From contig JBLDXI010000029.1 in NCBI GenBank assembly GCA_047495785.1, forward strand, positions 3,410,001 through 3,474,000: 64,000 nt of DNA, in the 5' to 3' direction. A program made the position numbers and the translations under genes. The DNA comes from Lepidodermella squamata (Eukaryota; Animalia; Gastrotricha). The notes beneath the pieces are model-generated. The model saw only the letters and a list, made by a program, of their open reading frames with translations. It was not told the DNA's origin and did not search any database. Positions 47,963 through 60,292 of this stretch are shown one piece after another (position 1 is the stretch's first letter; each line of letters begins with the position of its first letter).

Positions 47963-49704
47963 TGCCTATAAAAGCTCAAATTTGTGATATTTGCAAATAA
48001 TACGGAACAAAACAATTTATATGGCGACAAGGAAGAAGACAACCATTTAAAAAATATATTATTATTTTATTTTGTATAAGTCCAATCATCATTGATTGTT
48101 GATCACACGTTCCTAAATGACGTTATCTAAAAAATAACAAGCATAATATCAGTTGAGCAAAAAATTGATAAATCACAAAAACGGTACTACTATGTGAAGA
48201 AATAACGACGAAATGACGAAACCACGGAACCACTGAATGACAAATAAAAGGGAGAGTAGCGTGATTGGATTTTTTGCTAAATGTGAACTTTGATCCTGCA
48301 AAGCCGGACTATAATGGTATAATCGCTGATCTTACAAAACGAATTCTTTGATTATTAATCCCGATGCTAACATGTTTGCCAGGCATCAGTCGTAACAGCA
48401 TGAATTGAAACAAGAACAGAGGAAAACACTGAGCAACACTTGATGGCGAAGACGACGCTAACTAGCATGAATTAATGTCGATTCGGATACAGATATAATC
48501 AACGTTTTTGTTTCCAATACATTTCCCATAGTTCCAGGGCGAATGATTGATTCGAAAAAAACTAAATTTAGGGGAAAAAACACAAGTCGCACTCCGAATA
48601 TCCAAGCGTTGCCATGGCAACAGGGCTAAAAATAGTAACTTAACCAAAACGTATAGCCCCAGGTTATATGAGGAATCGCAGTTATATGTCAAAAAATTAA
48701 GCTGTAATTTTCCCGTAATTTTTGGAGGATGATGATTACTTTTAACGGAGTGCCTATATGTGGAATTTTTTCCCTATATTTGTACATAAATATGTGGTAT
48801 ATTTTTCCTATGTGTTAATAATTTTTTATTCATTGTTTTTACACTAAAGATTGATGTTTTATATATGTTTTTGAAATATTTTTCAAGTTAATTCTGATCT
48901 GAGACACATACTATCGTTTTGCGGTAAACTACTGCAGCAAAAACACTTATTGCAAAAAATGTTATGGATCGCACGGCCATAATGTTTCATCCGGTAGTCA
49001 TAGCAACGATCGACCAATCTACGTTTTAGCTCAAGCACAATGGCCTCTTGCATTCGGGTAAAATTGTATTTTTTTCAAAAGATTGTTGAGGTTGAACTGC
49101 GTCCCTGTCAAAAAAATCGGAACAGCAGGACCCCTCAGGTGAGCAGATATTAGGAAATACACGTATCTCGTATTTTCGCTTCGCGTATGTTTCAACAGCT
49201 AACAGATATGCACAGGCAGAATGCGTGATATATCTCGGATATCTAGCTTGGACAGTGGAAAGCTTTTTATTTTTTCCTCTCTTAGTAACGAATGACAATT
49301 ATTACGTCATGAAGGGAACTTTTATAGACTATTCGGTTGCTAAGTAATTTTTTCTTTTATCAGTGTTGTATATAATACTTTTTAATATTTGATATTTAAT
49401 GTTTAATATTTAATATTTAATATTTAATAAATACATTAATAATAGCATAATACTTCGTGAATTGCGCCTAACAATGTAACTTCCGATTTTAATAATTATT
49501 GTTTATGCATGGCACGCCTCAACAGTGGCACCATTGGCGGTGACCGTGTCTGTAGTTACAACGCCAGGTAAGGGTGATAGAAGCATGCAGCAATCGACTT
49601 AGGTTGCAGCTGAGTAGGAGTAGTCTTTAGTACGCTAAGTGCCAAAAGAGAGTACAACGATAAAGATGAATCGTTTAAAACTCTACCAGGTTTCCATTAA
49701 CATT

Positions 49705-50567
49705 TCAATAAGAGCTGCCACCAGCCGTATAAGGAAAGCGTACACAACCAGGACGTTCAGATCCATCAACGTACGCGGATGTTACTGCGTACGGTTGTTC
49801 AAAGCCGATTTTTTGAACACATACTGTTATAAGTGGGTTGACACCTACTTTAGTTCCGCCAAAAGAAACCATCTCCATTAAGACAGTATCAGCAGACCCT
49901 TTCGCGGCATTACAGCAATCATCAAATGAAGAAAACGTATTTGGTGAAGCAGAAGATATCTTAAAAAAGATCAACAACCAAGTAGGGACATTTTAGTGTC
50001 AAAAGCTCAGTCTTACTGTTGTATCAGTTGTAAGGACTGAGTTACATGCCCCAGCATTCGATGTGCAAAACATAACATTGGTTTTCGTGGAAGATGAATC
50101 GCCAGTTGTTTTCGTTATCACGCACAACGTGTAGATAAGCTGGTTTATCATAATTCAGTTAAACAAACTCCCGAGTGGGAATGAATAGTAATATAAGTTA
50201 CCGGGGTGCTGCAAGCTTGTCCACCTGGGCATTGATTAGCGCTTTTCAAGATGCAGTTCTTAGTGGATGCGTCGCAAATGTTCGCAGGAGGTGTACAGGT
50301 TTGACTGCCGGGACACGAAGGGGCTGGCGATCCAGATTTTGCAATACAACTGTTTGATGCTGCATCAAATACGTTAGCTGATGTTACACATGAAGACCCA
50401 GGACTGCAAGGATTTGTGGTCGTATAGCAGGACTGGCCATTTGGACAAGTCGCCACTGGAGATTCTGTGCCGGCTGTTGACCTCGGGCACGGGGTGGTGG
50501 ACGCTGGAGGGCACGCAATGGCAACGGCACAGAAAGCGGCAAGAATGACGAGGATTGAGTAATCCAT
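49705..50567 (-). CDS. Cys-rich secreted protein, multi-exon
   Basis: Signal MDYSILVILAAFCAVAIA; repeated CPxGxxC units; downstream Cys-containing exons. Confidence 0.6.
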
Positions 50568-51829
50568 GAAGAAATTTTGCTAACAAATCCTGAAGAAACT
50601 GAGCGAAAAACGAAAGGAAAATTCTGCGAATGGCTCATTTCTGTCCGCTTATATAACCACCTGGGACGCATGTGTTTGTTGAACTCTGTCCAATTTATTT
50701 CGGCCCGCACAAGGTTACCGAGTTCGACTCCATGAAAAAAGGGTAGCCGGGCGGCTATAGGATCATTAACCAAGTGAAAGTTTCAAATCAACTCTACAAT
50801 ACAGCCAGAAACATCAAAACGTTAATACGTTATAACTCATGTTCAGTTTCTTGAGGCGCGCTCGGCTTGAATCTCTTGACGGAGGCTAACAACGAGTTTG
50901 ACAGCATGCAACATGGTAGCCGGGTTGCGTTATGATCGTTATCAAACTCGAAGTGAAATTTGTTATTACTTATATTATATAAGCGACTCTTCGTAACGTT
51001 CAAGAGAGAAACATCAAAACGTGACGTTATAACTTCTGTCAAGTTTTTTGAGGCGCGCGCTCTGCTCACTTCGCTGGTGGGAACCCGAGCGGAGTTCGAC
51101 AGCCCGGCTACCATATAATATAGGCTACATATAGAAGCCGGGCAGGTTCATAATTGCAATCCAACTAAAGGCGTGTTGTTTATATATTACTTCACGCCGT
51201 GACTCCTTGTAATACATCTCTGGTGACTCAATCGTAATTACTATTTGCCCAGTCGAAAACTCCTAAACGTTACGTTAAACTTGAACACGCATATCATCAG
51301 TTTTTGAGGTGCATTCTGCTCGCTTGAACGTAGGATGAATTTTTGCCTTGGTTTGTTTCAGTTAATTGCTTTTTTCCACATCTAAGCCTTAAATGTCAAT
51401 AGCCAACTCCGCGATCAACCTGTTTCATCTGCGGTGACGCCTGAAATGGCTTAATCCTGTTGCACTGCTGGAAGAACCGAATGCAGCTAATGTCACTAGC
51501 AAATCTGTCCTCCGCCTGCGCTTTGGTTAGTTCCTTTCCTGGTGTGTTGTGGTTTGCTAATGACTAACCATTCCATCAGCACATTCTCCACTGGCCAGAC
51601 TGAAAACCTCCAGGGATCAAATTGCGCTTCGATAAGATGTCCTCGCCTCTAGTGTCAGTTTATCGCGACCAAACTGTCTCCAAACATGCTAGGCGTGGCT
51701 TTTAAGGTTGGCAATTCCTGACTTGGAGCCTAATTCCACTGAAATTTCAGCAGACTGCCACCATTGATCAACCCAGCCCCACCCTGTCAGCAGTGCTTAC
51801 GGTGAGACATTCAAAAATCGAACTACGAC

Positions 51830-51985
51830 TTGCCGATCGTGGAATTCTGGCTGTCGCAGGAAAGACGCAACTTACCACTGATGCGGTATTCTGTTGAGGA
51901 ACCTACACTAAGGAGGGTGGAGGTGGTCCATGTAACGGCACTCGACTAATCGTTGTGAACCTGCAACCGCACGTCATCATGGCTC
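51830..51985 (+). mobile_element. Helitron/PIF1 helicase remnant
   Basis: Degenerate peptides ILLRNL and CNGTRLIVVNLQPHVI match the PIF1 LLRNL..GLCNGTRL motif. Confidence 0.55.
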
Positions 51986-52082
51986 ACAAACGAGTAACAA
52001 AGTAACACAAATTTGGGAATATATTCATATAGTTCCGTGCGGAAAATCACTCATGAGTTGTCTCATACCATGTGATCATTAA

Positions 52083-52289
52083 AGGGCGGGCCACAAACTC
52101 GTGTGCACTTCCTGATTTTGCTTGGTTGAATTAGCGTATTAGGTTGAATGTTCTTTTGTGGCATGGGTCCCGTCAAAATCAAATCAGCAAATCGTCAAAT
52201 GATGATTTTTTGCACAAAATGCTAAAAAGTTTGGCGATTCGAATGTTGACGAATGAATTGGTGATTTGACACGCGTTTGTGGCCCGCCC
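52083..52289. mobile_element. TTAA-flanked MITE (Kolobok-like)
   Basis: TIR GGGCGGGCCACAAAC(T/G)CGTGT; TTAA on both sides. Confidence 0.7.
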
Positions 52290-52374
52290 TTAACAATTAC
52301 CATTTTGTTGTTATTGATTCAATGAGAGCTTCGAAAGAAGTGTAACTAGCGTCTCATCTCATTCCACTGTGAAT

Positions 52375-55051
52375 CTATATCAAATTATGCTTCGAAAAGC
52401 GAAAGAACGCAATCAGAGAACTGCTAGAAATGCCAACGATCAGAGCAAAGCAAGCTGTTAACAGTGTCAAAGCACGGCCATTTTGGTAAATCATTAGTCC
52501 GATCAATGTGGTACCGAAAATGAGCGTAACTAGGCCAAAGATGAGATAGCTCCACATTTTTAGCTGAAATTCTAGAGCTTTGATCGTCGCAGTAACCATC
52601 TTCGCATCAACTAATAGTGCTTTGATCATCGATGAACAACTAAGGGTTGAGAAAACAAGTTCGAGGCAACTAAGCATAACGATAATGGCTGCTATCGAAA
52701 CCAGAATGATCGTTAAATTTTGTGTGAAAATCTGCACCACATCGCATTCTAGGGTGACGTAGTTCAACTTCAGGCTCTCGTCGAATGGCGAGAAAATTGT
52801 TTGCAAGATTTCAACCCGGCTTGCCAACGGCGAGGAGATCACAGAAGCAACGTAGAACATTGAAGAAAATCCCAGTAACAATAGGAAAATTCGGCTTCTT
52901 AACTTTCTTCCTTCCCCTTTCATAGAAGCAGATGATGTGCGAGTTGCAATGCTGCGAGTTTGAGTAGACCGATTGGAGTAGGGATATACCTTCATCGGCT
53001 TCGGTGCGTTTTTCAATTCATTCGCAATTAGATTCCTCATATTGGTCAATCGAAGCAGTAATCCGGCCATTACAAGGCTCAGTCCTACCCAGAATAGGAC
53101 CGACATTATCGAGCAGTAGTAACCCAGGTCTGATGAGTAGCTAATCGGCAGAACAAGACCATGTGAAAGGAGAGTGTTATCCCCCGCAGCGATCAAAACG
53201 TCAGGCATCGATAATGCATTGATTTTCAAGGAAATTATTCCCGGCAGTTTCGTCCAGTTTGCAATGAAGAGGAAACAAAGAAGCGAAACGATGATAGCGC
53301 AGAGACCTAAAGCATTCCGACATAGTATATCGATTAATTCTTGAAGAGACAAAATCTACTTACATTTAATCAAAATATTGAGAGGTACCTCTACAACAGG
53401 AACACGAAAGATTTGAACTCGGACTTCATCTTTAGGAGGCAATCCGTCGTGTGTACCCCACGTGATCGCATTGTCGTAGAGAACCAATTGATTCGAAGGT
53501 CTAAGGTTTGACTTGTAATAACCAACTGATTTGCTCTGGCTGAACACATTGCTGGAATTCGTTTCGTCCAGGTAGAACTGTCGATAAACAACTGGCATGC
53601 TGCCAGAGGACCACGCTGTGCTTCGATCGAAGGAATATTCGCCTTTTAATCCAGTCATGGATAAATTGTAGATTTCCTCGCGGATGATTTGCAGAATTTG
53701 TTCTGGATTTTCCGCAAAGTTTTTCCCGTCAGTGGCCCAGTCGGATAGGGTCATATTTCCTGGGTCAATCAGGGTCATTGATTAAAAAATCATTTGGAGT
53801 GCATGAAAGCTGAAACTTACTTTTCCTCAAAGTTGTCTCAGTTTGGTTCAAAATTAGTCCAACCGCGATGTACTTATCGTAGAACGCCGGTATCCAGTAG
53901 TCCCAGCCGAAAACCTGATCCGGATTATCGATTTCTTCCCTCATGCGGCTAAAAAGCCCGTCCAAAGTTGCCCCAGTCACGTCTGAATGATTTCCTCCGT
54001 AAATATCCGACAAAGGTGCGTCCCCGAGGAAGAAAGTTGAACTCAGAATATCAAGTAACATAGCCTGAGTGCACCATGGTGACAAGTGCGGCGGAAGTTC
54101 GCCTGTCTCATCAAAGTAACTCCACGCAAATGAAATGAATACGAAGCCCGGTCCGTAGAGTCCGTACTTGTGAAGATAACAAGCGATGGGTAGATTGAAA
54201 AAGTTAAGTGAGACAATGATCCGAGGTTCTCTGGCCTTCAACTCGCTGAAGAGGGATTCTAGCTCATATGAATCATCTGTATTCACCCTGAGCTTCCCAA
54301 TATAAGCCAAGGTCACATTTCTATCATCTAAATTTGTGATTAAGCTTCGTTCGAGCTAGAAAACATAAGTATTTAAAAGGCCTGAACTACAAAGTCTTGC
54401 AAACCATTCCATTGAATAAATGAGAGTCACTTAGGACTGAGATTCGCTTCCAGCCAATTTTTACGATGAACTCAACTAAGGCATCGACATAGTAGTCCGT
54501 TCTTTCACCGAGCGAGTAGAAATTGCGATTCAGTTCCCGGTTTTCATAGAACGAGATATCGTTTGAGAAAGCCGATATTGCAATGATATTGTGTGGCTTC
54601 GTGAACAGGGCTGATAAAGTCTGAGCGCTACCCGAGCATTCCGTCAGCGAGAGGATCGGAAGTCTCGATTCGACCGAGAACTGCTCGTCCATTTTTTCGA
54701 TTAGATTCCTTGTTACAACAGCGTCATCGCACTATAAAAGGTAATTTTTTGATAGGCTGAATCAAGGCCTAAATATCTTACGTCATCTTGAACAAGTTCG
54801 AAAGAAAGGTCGTAGTCTGGTAGCCAATTATTCATAGATCGAAGACGCTCAAGGGCGAATTCAGCTACGACTGTGGCCATAGGACCGATGGGTATGCTAC
54901 CCCTGTAAAATGTGGACGCGAGTACCTTGATAGGCTTTCTAGATTCAATCGAAGAGTTTAAGCGAACGAGATTCGGCATGTCTTCACTCATGTTATGCTT
55001 AGATGCAGCGGCTCCTATCAAAGCCAGTATTAGATAAACGTGTAGCTCCAT
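52375..55051 (-). CDS. GABA-B-like class C GPCR, multi-exon
   Basis: Signal MELHVYLILALIGA; VFT exons; GLPPKD; 7TM; ends FRFSKHNLI. Confidence 0.85.
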
Positions 55052-55439
55052 TTCTAAATAAACTTTCAGAAGCAAATTTTTGCAAAATGCTCGGAACTCG
55101 TTTTCGAAGTGTTCCATTAAGCCCTATTGCAGGAGAGGCGGCAGCGGAATATCCGGCACGCTTCGATTTCAATATCAAAACATCCGGCAATTTCAAGCAA
55201 TTAAACTATCCTTCGGTATCGCGAACTGAGAAATTAGAGCCCAGAGTGCGCAGGCTATTTTCCTGTTGCTAATTTTCAAAGTTTGAACGAGATTACCAGC
55301 GGGAGTGCATTACTTTAGTTCAATCTCACGAAAGTATATCAAATATCCTACAAACAGGACAGGGCTTGAATTATACCAAGCGTTGGAGACCTGTTTTGAC
55401 CTTGGCCATGCAAGTAAATGTTCATAATATTTCCTTTAA

Positions 55440-56386
55440 CACATTGACTGTTATATACACACATGTGTGTATAAGTTTACTATATAGTGCCCCATATACA
55501 CACATGTGTGTATAGATCGCTATCTCCATTACCATGAGGGTGGGATGAGTCAAATTGACAGGTTTACCTAATTATTGGGCCTAGATCAATAATCTGCCAT
55601 CAGATTCGGACCATCACTCACAGAAATAGGTGATTTTAAAAATCGATAATTATCGATATCGATTTCGATACCAAAACAATTTTTCCGAATTGTTTAATTA
55701 TCACCACTGGAAAGAGCATATTCGATTTTACTTAAAATAGGTGAATGATCAACAATTAAACAAAATTCCATTTAGAGAAAAAATCGTCATTTTTCAAGCT
55801 GATGTTTTATCCAGCATTTTTTACAGACGGCTATTAGGCATGTCTGACAAAATTCTGATGTCGCTTTTCTTAGGCCGAGTCTTTTACAAAGCTGACAATC
55901 TGTTCGTTTTCTTCGGCCATCAGGTCCTCGTTCTTCTTTCACCTTCCTTATAGAAATTCCGGCGAGAAATCCCGCGCACGCTTTGTTTGTTTAGCTCTTG
56001 ACATTGATTGGTTGACAACAATGATACAAATTTCAAATCAAAATTTGAAAATGAACTCAACAAAACCAAATTCACACTTGTGTGAATAATATTCTAGAAA
56101 ACGTTCATTGCAACATATGTCGGCTCACCACATACACACATGTGTGTAATTCACACAAACATCCATGTACACCATACACACACATGTGTGTATCGTCTGG
56201 CACAAACATACGCCATATACACACATGTGTGTATTTACAAAAATCGTTATTACGTAATAACCGTGACGATCCGGATTTTTTGATATGTGCCAAAACTTTT
56301 GTATTGATGTCCTCTATCGATTAAGAAAAAAAAATGGGGGGGTGTCTGAAAAGTGCATTTTTGCAAAACCCCCAGGAGCCAGTGTG
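55440..56386. mobile_element. piggyBac-like MITE
   Basis: TTAA flanks; imperfect TIR CACATTGACT/CACACTGGCT; five subterminal TACACACATGTGTGTA-type palindromes. Confidence 0.65.
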
Positions 56387-57683
56387 TTAAAAAAACCGGA
56401 GTTAGAGGCACAGGAAAATTCGCCGAAACTTTGACACAGAAAATGATTTGACGTTCATTCTTACTCCATATTGGGAATAGGAGGTCATTTCATGCATCAT
56501 TGATCAGTCACAGCCTTACAGTGACATGAACTTGTTGTCGGAATATTATTTCCAAAAACGTTGGCCTACTTTTGTCACCTATCGAAACTTCTCGTCAGCT
56601 TATTCTCCGCATAATATCTACGCAACTTGTCGCTAATTCTCAAATCAAGGAAATGTCTATTCCATATGTCCTAATAACGCATTTTTCATATGAAAAACAA
56701 TAAATCAATTGCTCGATTCAATGAATGCGAATCCTTAGAAGTATTTTTCAGTACGTACGATGCCAGGTCAAATGACGAAGTATTAGCCCATGGCCCACGC
56801 CATAAGCATGATATAGGCTTAGGTGTTAATAGAGACATCGACAGCAATCGATAAATAAAAAGTAAAAAGCAATTCAATTTTCTCGATTTAACAGGGAGCT
56901 CATGCCTCAGTGAGCATCGATGTCGATTGTTGATCCGACATTTCGATCGATTAATTCAGAAAAGTGATTGTCCAATAGCTTTGAGACATAATACTGAAAT
57001 TAGGAGACATCATGATGACTATTAGGACTGTCGCACAGATGATGCGTCAATATGAAGACCTCAGATCATCAGACAAACAGACGCTTATATATAGCCGCAG
57101 TTTTCACTGACCTAGCTGTCCATAAGCCCCTTGATCGGAGGATTTTAGTCACTAAGGGCTCCTGAAAGTATTCCTCTTAGATCTCAGAAATAGTTTGAGA
57201 ATCGACAATCAGTAGGATCAATAACCTCTTCTTTAAAGGCTGTAATAGGAGATGATATATCTCATAGTGTACAAGCCAGTGACCCAAGTAGGATCCTCAT
57301 GTTAGTAGCTAAGGGGCACTTTCGGATATCTTTGGCAGCCAATGGGTCCTCCTGTGGTTTTAACCGGTTTCCTGTCTGGATCGCTTGAGCTGGCGGTATC
57401 GGTAGTATCAAAACCCTCATTTCCCTCTAGACTTTAGACTCTGGTAGCAGTGCTTATTCCAGCTTTCCTGCCGGAAACAAATGCGCGGGAATATTATTTT
57501 CGAATTCCATTTCATTATATCAAGCCTTATCTTTTCATTCAGGCTGAATAATTTATAACTTTAACTGGGAATGAGTTCCATATGCGCGAGACGTAAGTCG
57601 ACTACAATTTACTGTTAGATTTCGAGGCTAGCTTTTGCCGCTCATTTGCAGTGAGGTGCAGCAGACCGAGCCAGGATCTTTTG

Positions 57684-58322
57684 ATGAAGATACAAAACTA
57701 TGAACCAATGCCATGTCATGACGAAGGAAAGGCGCCGCAATCGTCAGATTTTAGCGAAGAGGAAATATTTCTGTTGAGAACATCGTTCGAAGAGCTAAAA
57801 CGAGAACGTGACCTTGTTGCTTTGGAAGCGGTTCAAGGGTAAGTCGAGTTATTTTCGGTATTTACATCTTTCATTCAAGCTGATTTTCGCAGCGTTGCAG
57901 CCGCTCGGCCAGACGTCGTTCCCATAATTCAATCAGCCAAAAACGGCTGTTATCGCAAAATGGACAACTGGGAGCAATTAGGTCTTGGAATAATCCTGCT
58001 AAGTGGTCTGGAGCGCTGTTTACTTCGACTTGACCGTCCCGAGTACATGGACCTATATTTTGACAATCTGGTGACAAAGCACGAAAGGGTAATGCACGTG
58101 CGACGGGAGATGATGCAAAATTCGTTGGTAATAGCAATGCCGATCTTTCTTCATCACATTCAACGCCGTCATCACAGCGATTGCAGTAGCGAATTTTCAC
58201 ATGAAACAACAGAAGATAATGCCCGAGATTCGTACCCCCAATGCCCGTTGTGCAACACGTGGCGAAAATTCTTCAAACTGATGATTTACAAGTTGGGCCA
58301 CGCTAAAATCGCCCGGACCTGA
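57684..58322 (+). CDS. Two-exon hypothetical protein with a C-terminal His/Cys cluster
   Basis: Intron 57839-57892 (GTAAGT..CAG) joins two ORFs in frame; HH..C...CPLC. Confidence 0.5.
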
Positions 58323-58623
58323 TTTTCACTAGAAATAAGAGGTTTCTTTATTCGTGAAATTCCGACTCAATGTGTGTATGTATTTCATTCATGGGGTGTG
58401 GAACTGGGCTGCATGAAGCGCGTTTTTGAGGCTCTCAGGCAAAAACGTGGCCCAGTCCTACATCCGTCCACATAGGATTCCACAATTGTAATAAATGCAC
58501 GTTACTAAGTAATGCTGAGCTATTAGACTTTTTGAATACATTGTCATAACACGACTAGTTAACTTGCTTCAATCTTCAATAAAAAACTGCGATATTCGGA
58601 ATCCTGTACCGATATTCACTCAA

Positions 58624-59450
58624 TTATGGGCGCGCAAGTTTTCGGTCGAATGCTTGAAAGAAGGAAGTCGCAATCGCCAGAGCTCCGATCACAATCGAAA
58701 TTGAAGCAACGAGCATTGTCATGGCTTGACCGTTACTGTCCAGCAAAATCCCGATTAGGACGGAGGCCGCTAGTATTGTCAATTCAACATATACGAAATA
58801 CCCCCAGATTTTGTGTTTTCTGAACTCCGCAACATTATCGACCGAGCTGCTTAGCATCCTTAGAATTTTTACAGATGAAGAATAGCTAGCCAGCACTTTC
58901 AGCTTGAATAAACGAAACGCTGATTGCTGCCCCAATTTCAGAAGCCTTAGAGCCAGTTATCGAACTTGTTGTATCGCATTCAAGCCGGATGAACTTGAAA
59001 ATCAAGCTATCGTCTTCATCTGATATCTTGGTCTCTCCGAGAGTGTGTTTCACCTGGATAGGATCAGAGGCAATAGAAGCGACGGGGGTAAATACTGATA
59101 GTAACGGCAGTAAGAACCACGCTGCATCAACCTTTCGAAAATCCCTCTGAGACGACTTCGCCCGAACCTTTTGATAAGAATCGATTTCCTGTTTCAATAC
59201 GTCGCCATGGACGATTTTCGTTTGAAGTGCAGTGTCTTGTTCGATAAATCGCAACCTCTGCATTCGCTTGCATTCGAGGTGAAGCCGAGATGAAATTCAA
59301 CCCAATGAAAACAAGAGAACGGCCATAGTGGAGCAGTGGGCGACAACATTTGCGAATTGGTGAGTTGGAATAACGAAAATATGAACAAGTAACACTAGGC
59401 TGTTCGGCGTTGTTCTGCAGTGCAAACGCCGGTCCGGGTAGTCAATCACC
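58624..59450 (-). pseudogene. Frameshifted 7TM fragment of a class C GPCR
   Basis: SLIFKFIRLECD and NGQAMTML match the paralogs but are spread across three frames. Confidence 0.7.
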
Positions 59451-60047
59451 AATCATTGGAAGGCAAACCAAGAGCCAAGCTAAAATCAACCTTCCGAAGA
59501 ACCCTCTGAATAATCGACTTCATTGCACTTCAGCCGGTCCAATTTCATTACTGGCAAGAGCTCATGTGGATTGGAGGAAAGAGTGTTCAAATCCACAGCT
59601 TTTACGAATATTTTAATTCCTTTTTTCTTTAACTTGAGGGGTTTCACTCAGGAAAATGGTTGACGTCGTGATATTGCTGTCCTTCGTCTAAACGCTGCTG
59701 GATTGGCAAGGCGCTGCCAGTTCATTTCATTAAGAACAGATTCGCTTTGAAATTACGGCAAATGTTGTGATCCGTTTTGAAGCTGTAGGCCTTATATCTA
59801 AGCTTTCCATCCATAATCAGTTCGGTGTCATATTAATTCGGTAGGTTCCTTCAATAGTTCCGAAGCAAGATGCCACCGCCCACCACCGATTTTATTTTAC
59901 ACATAGAGTTTGTAGATTACCTGAGGAGCACATGAATTAAGGTGGAATCATTCAGGTTGAAATATTCAAGCTGAACTATACAATTTATTATTAATGCAGA
60001 TATCGCAGATGCCTTGATACCGCAGAGATTTTGAGGATTGTTTCGGG

Positions 60048-60292
60048 TCAAAAGCTCTGTCGACTGACAAAAGCCCTCTTCATCTCGCTCTTGCCTTGAT
60101 TGCGTGCCATCGGGATCACCAAACTTTCATACGCCCCTTGATTGCGAGCTGCGGCGGTCAAGTCGGGTTCTTCGCCGACTAGTGGGTGAGCGGCAACAGA
60201 GCACACCTATCACGCACAAAATAGATGAAATGATAAGTGAGAAAATTGCACGAAATTACCAGTAATGCAATAAGAAAAGCTGTAGCTTGCAT
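60048..60292 (-). CDS. Small secreted prepropeptide-like protein (63 aa, 2 exons)
   Basis: Signal peptide; intron 60207-60259; ARNQG twice; KR before a short C-terminal peptide. Confidence 0.45.

Larger units (their letters stand above)
45112..48316. mobile_element. RAG1/Transib/Chapaev-like DNA transposon with two convergent genes, 3205 bp
   Basis: TIR CATTATAGTCCGGCTTTGCAGGATCAAAG at both ends; GT on both flanks (possible 2-bp TSD); DDE transposase inside. Confidence 0.85.
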
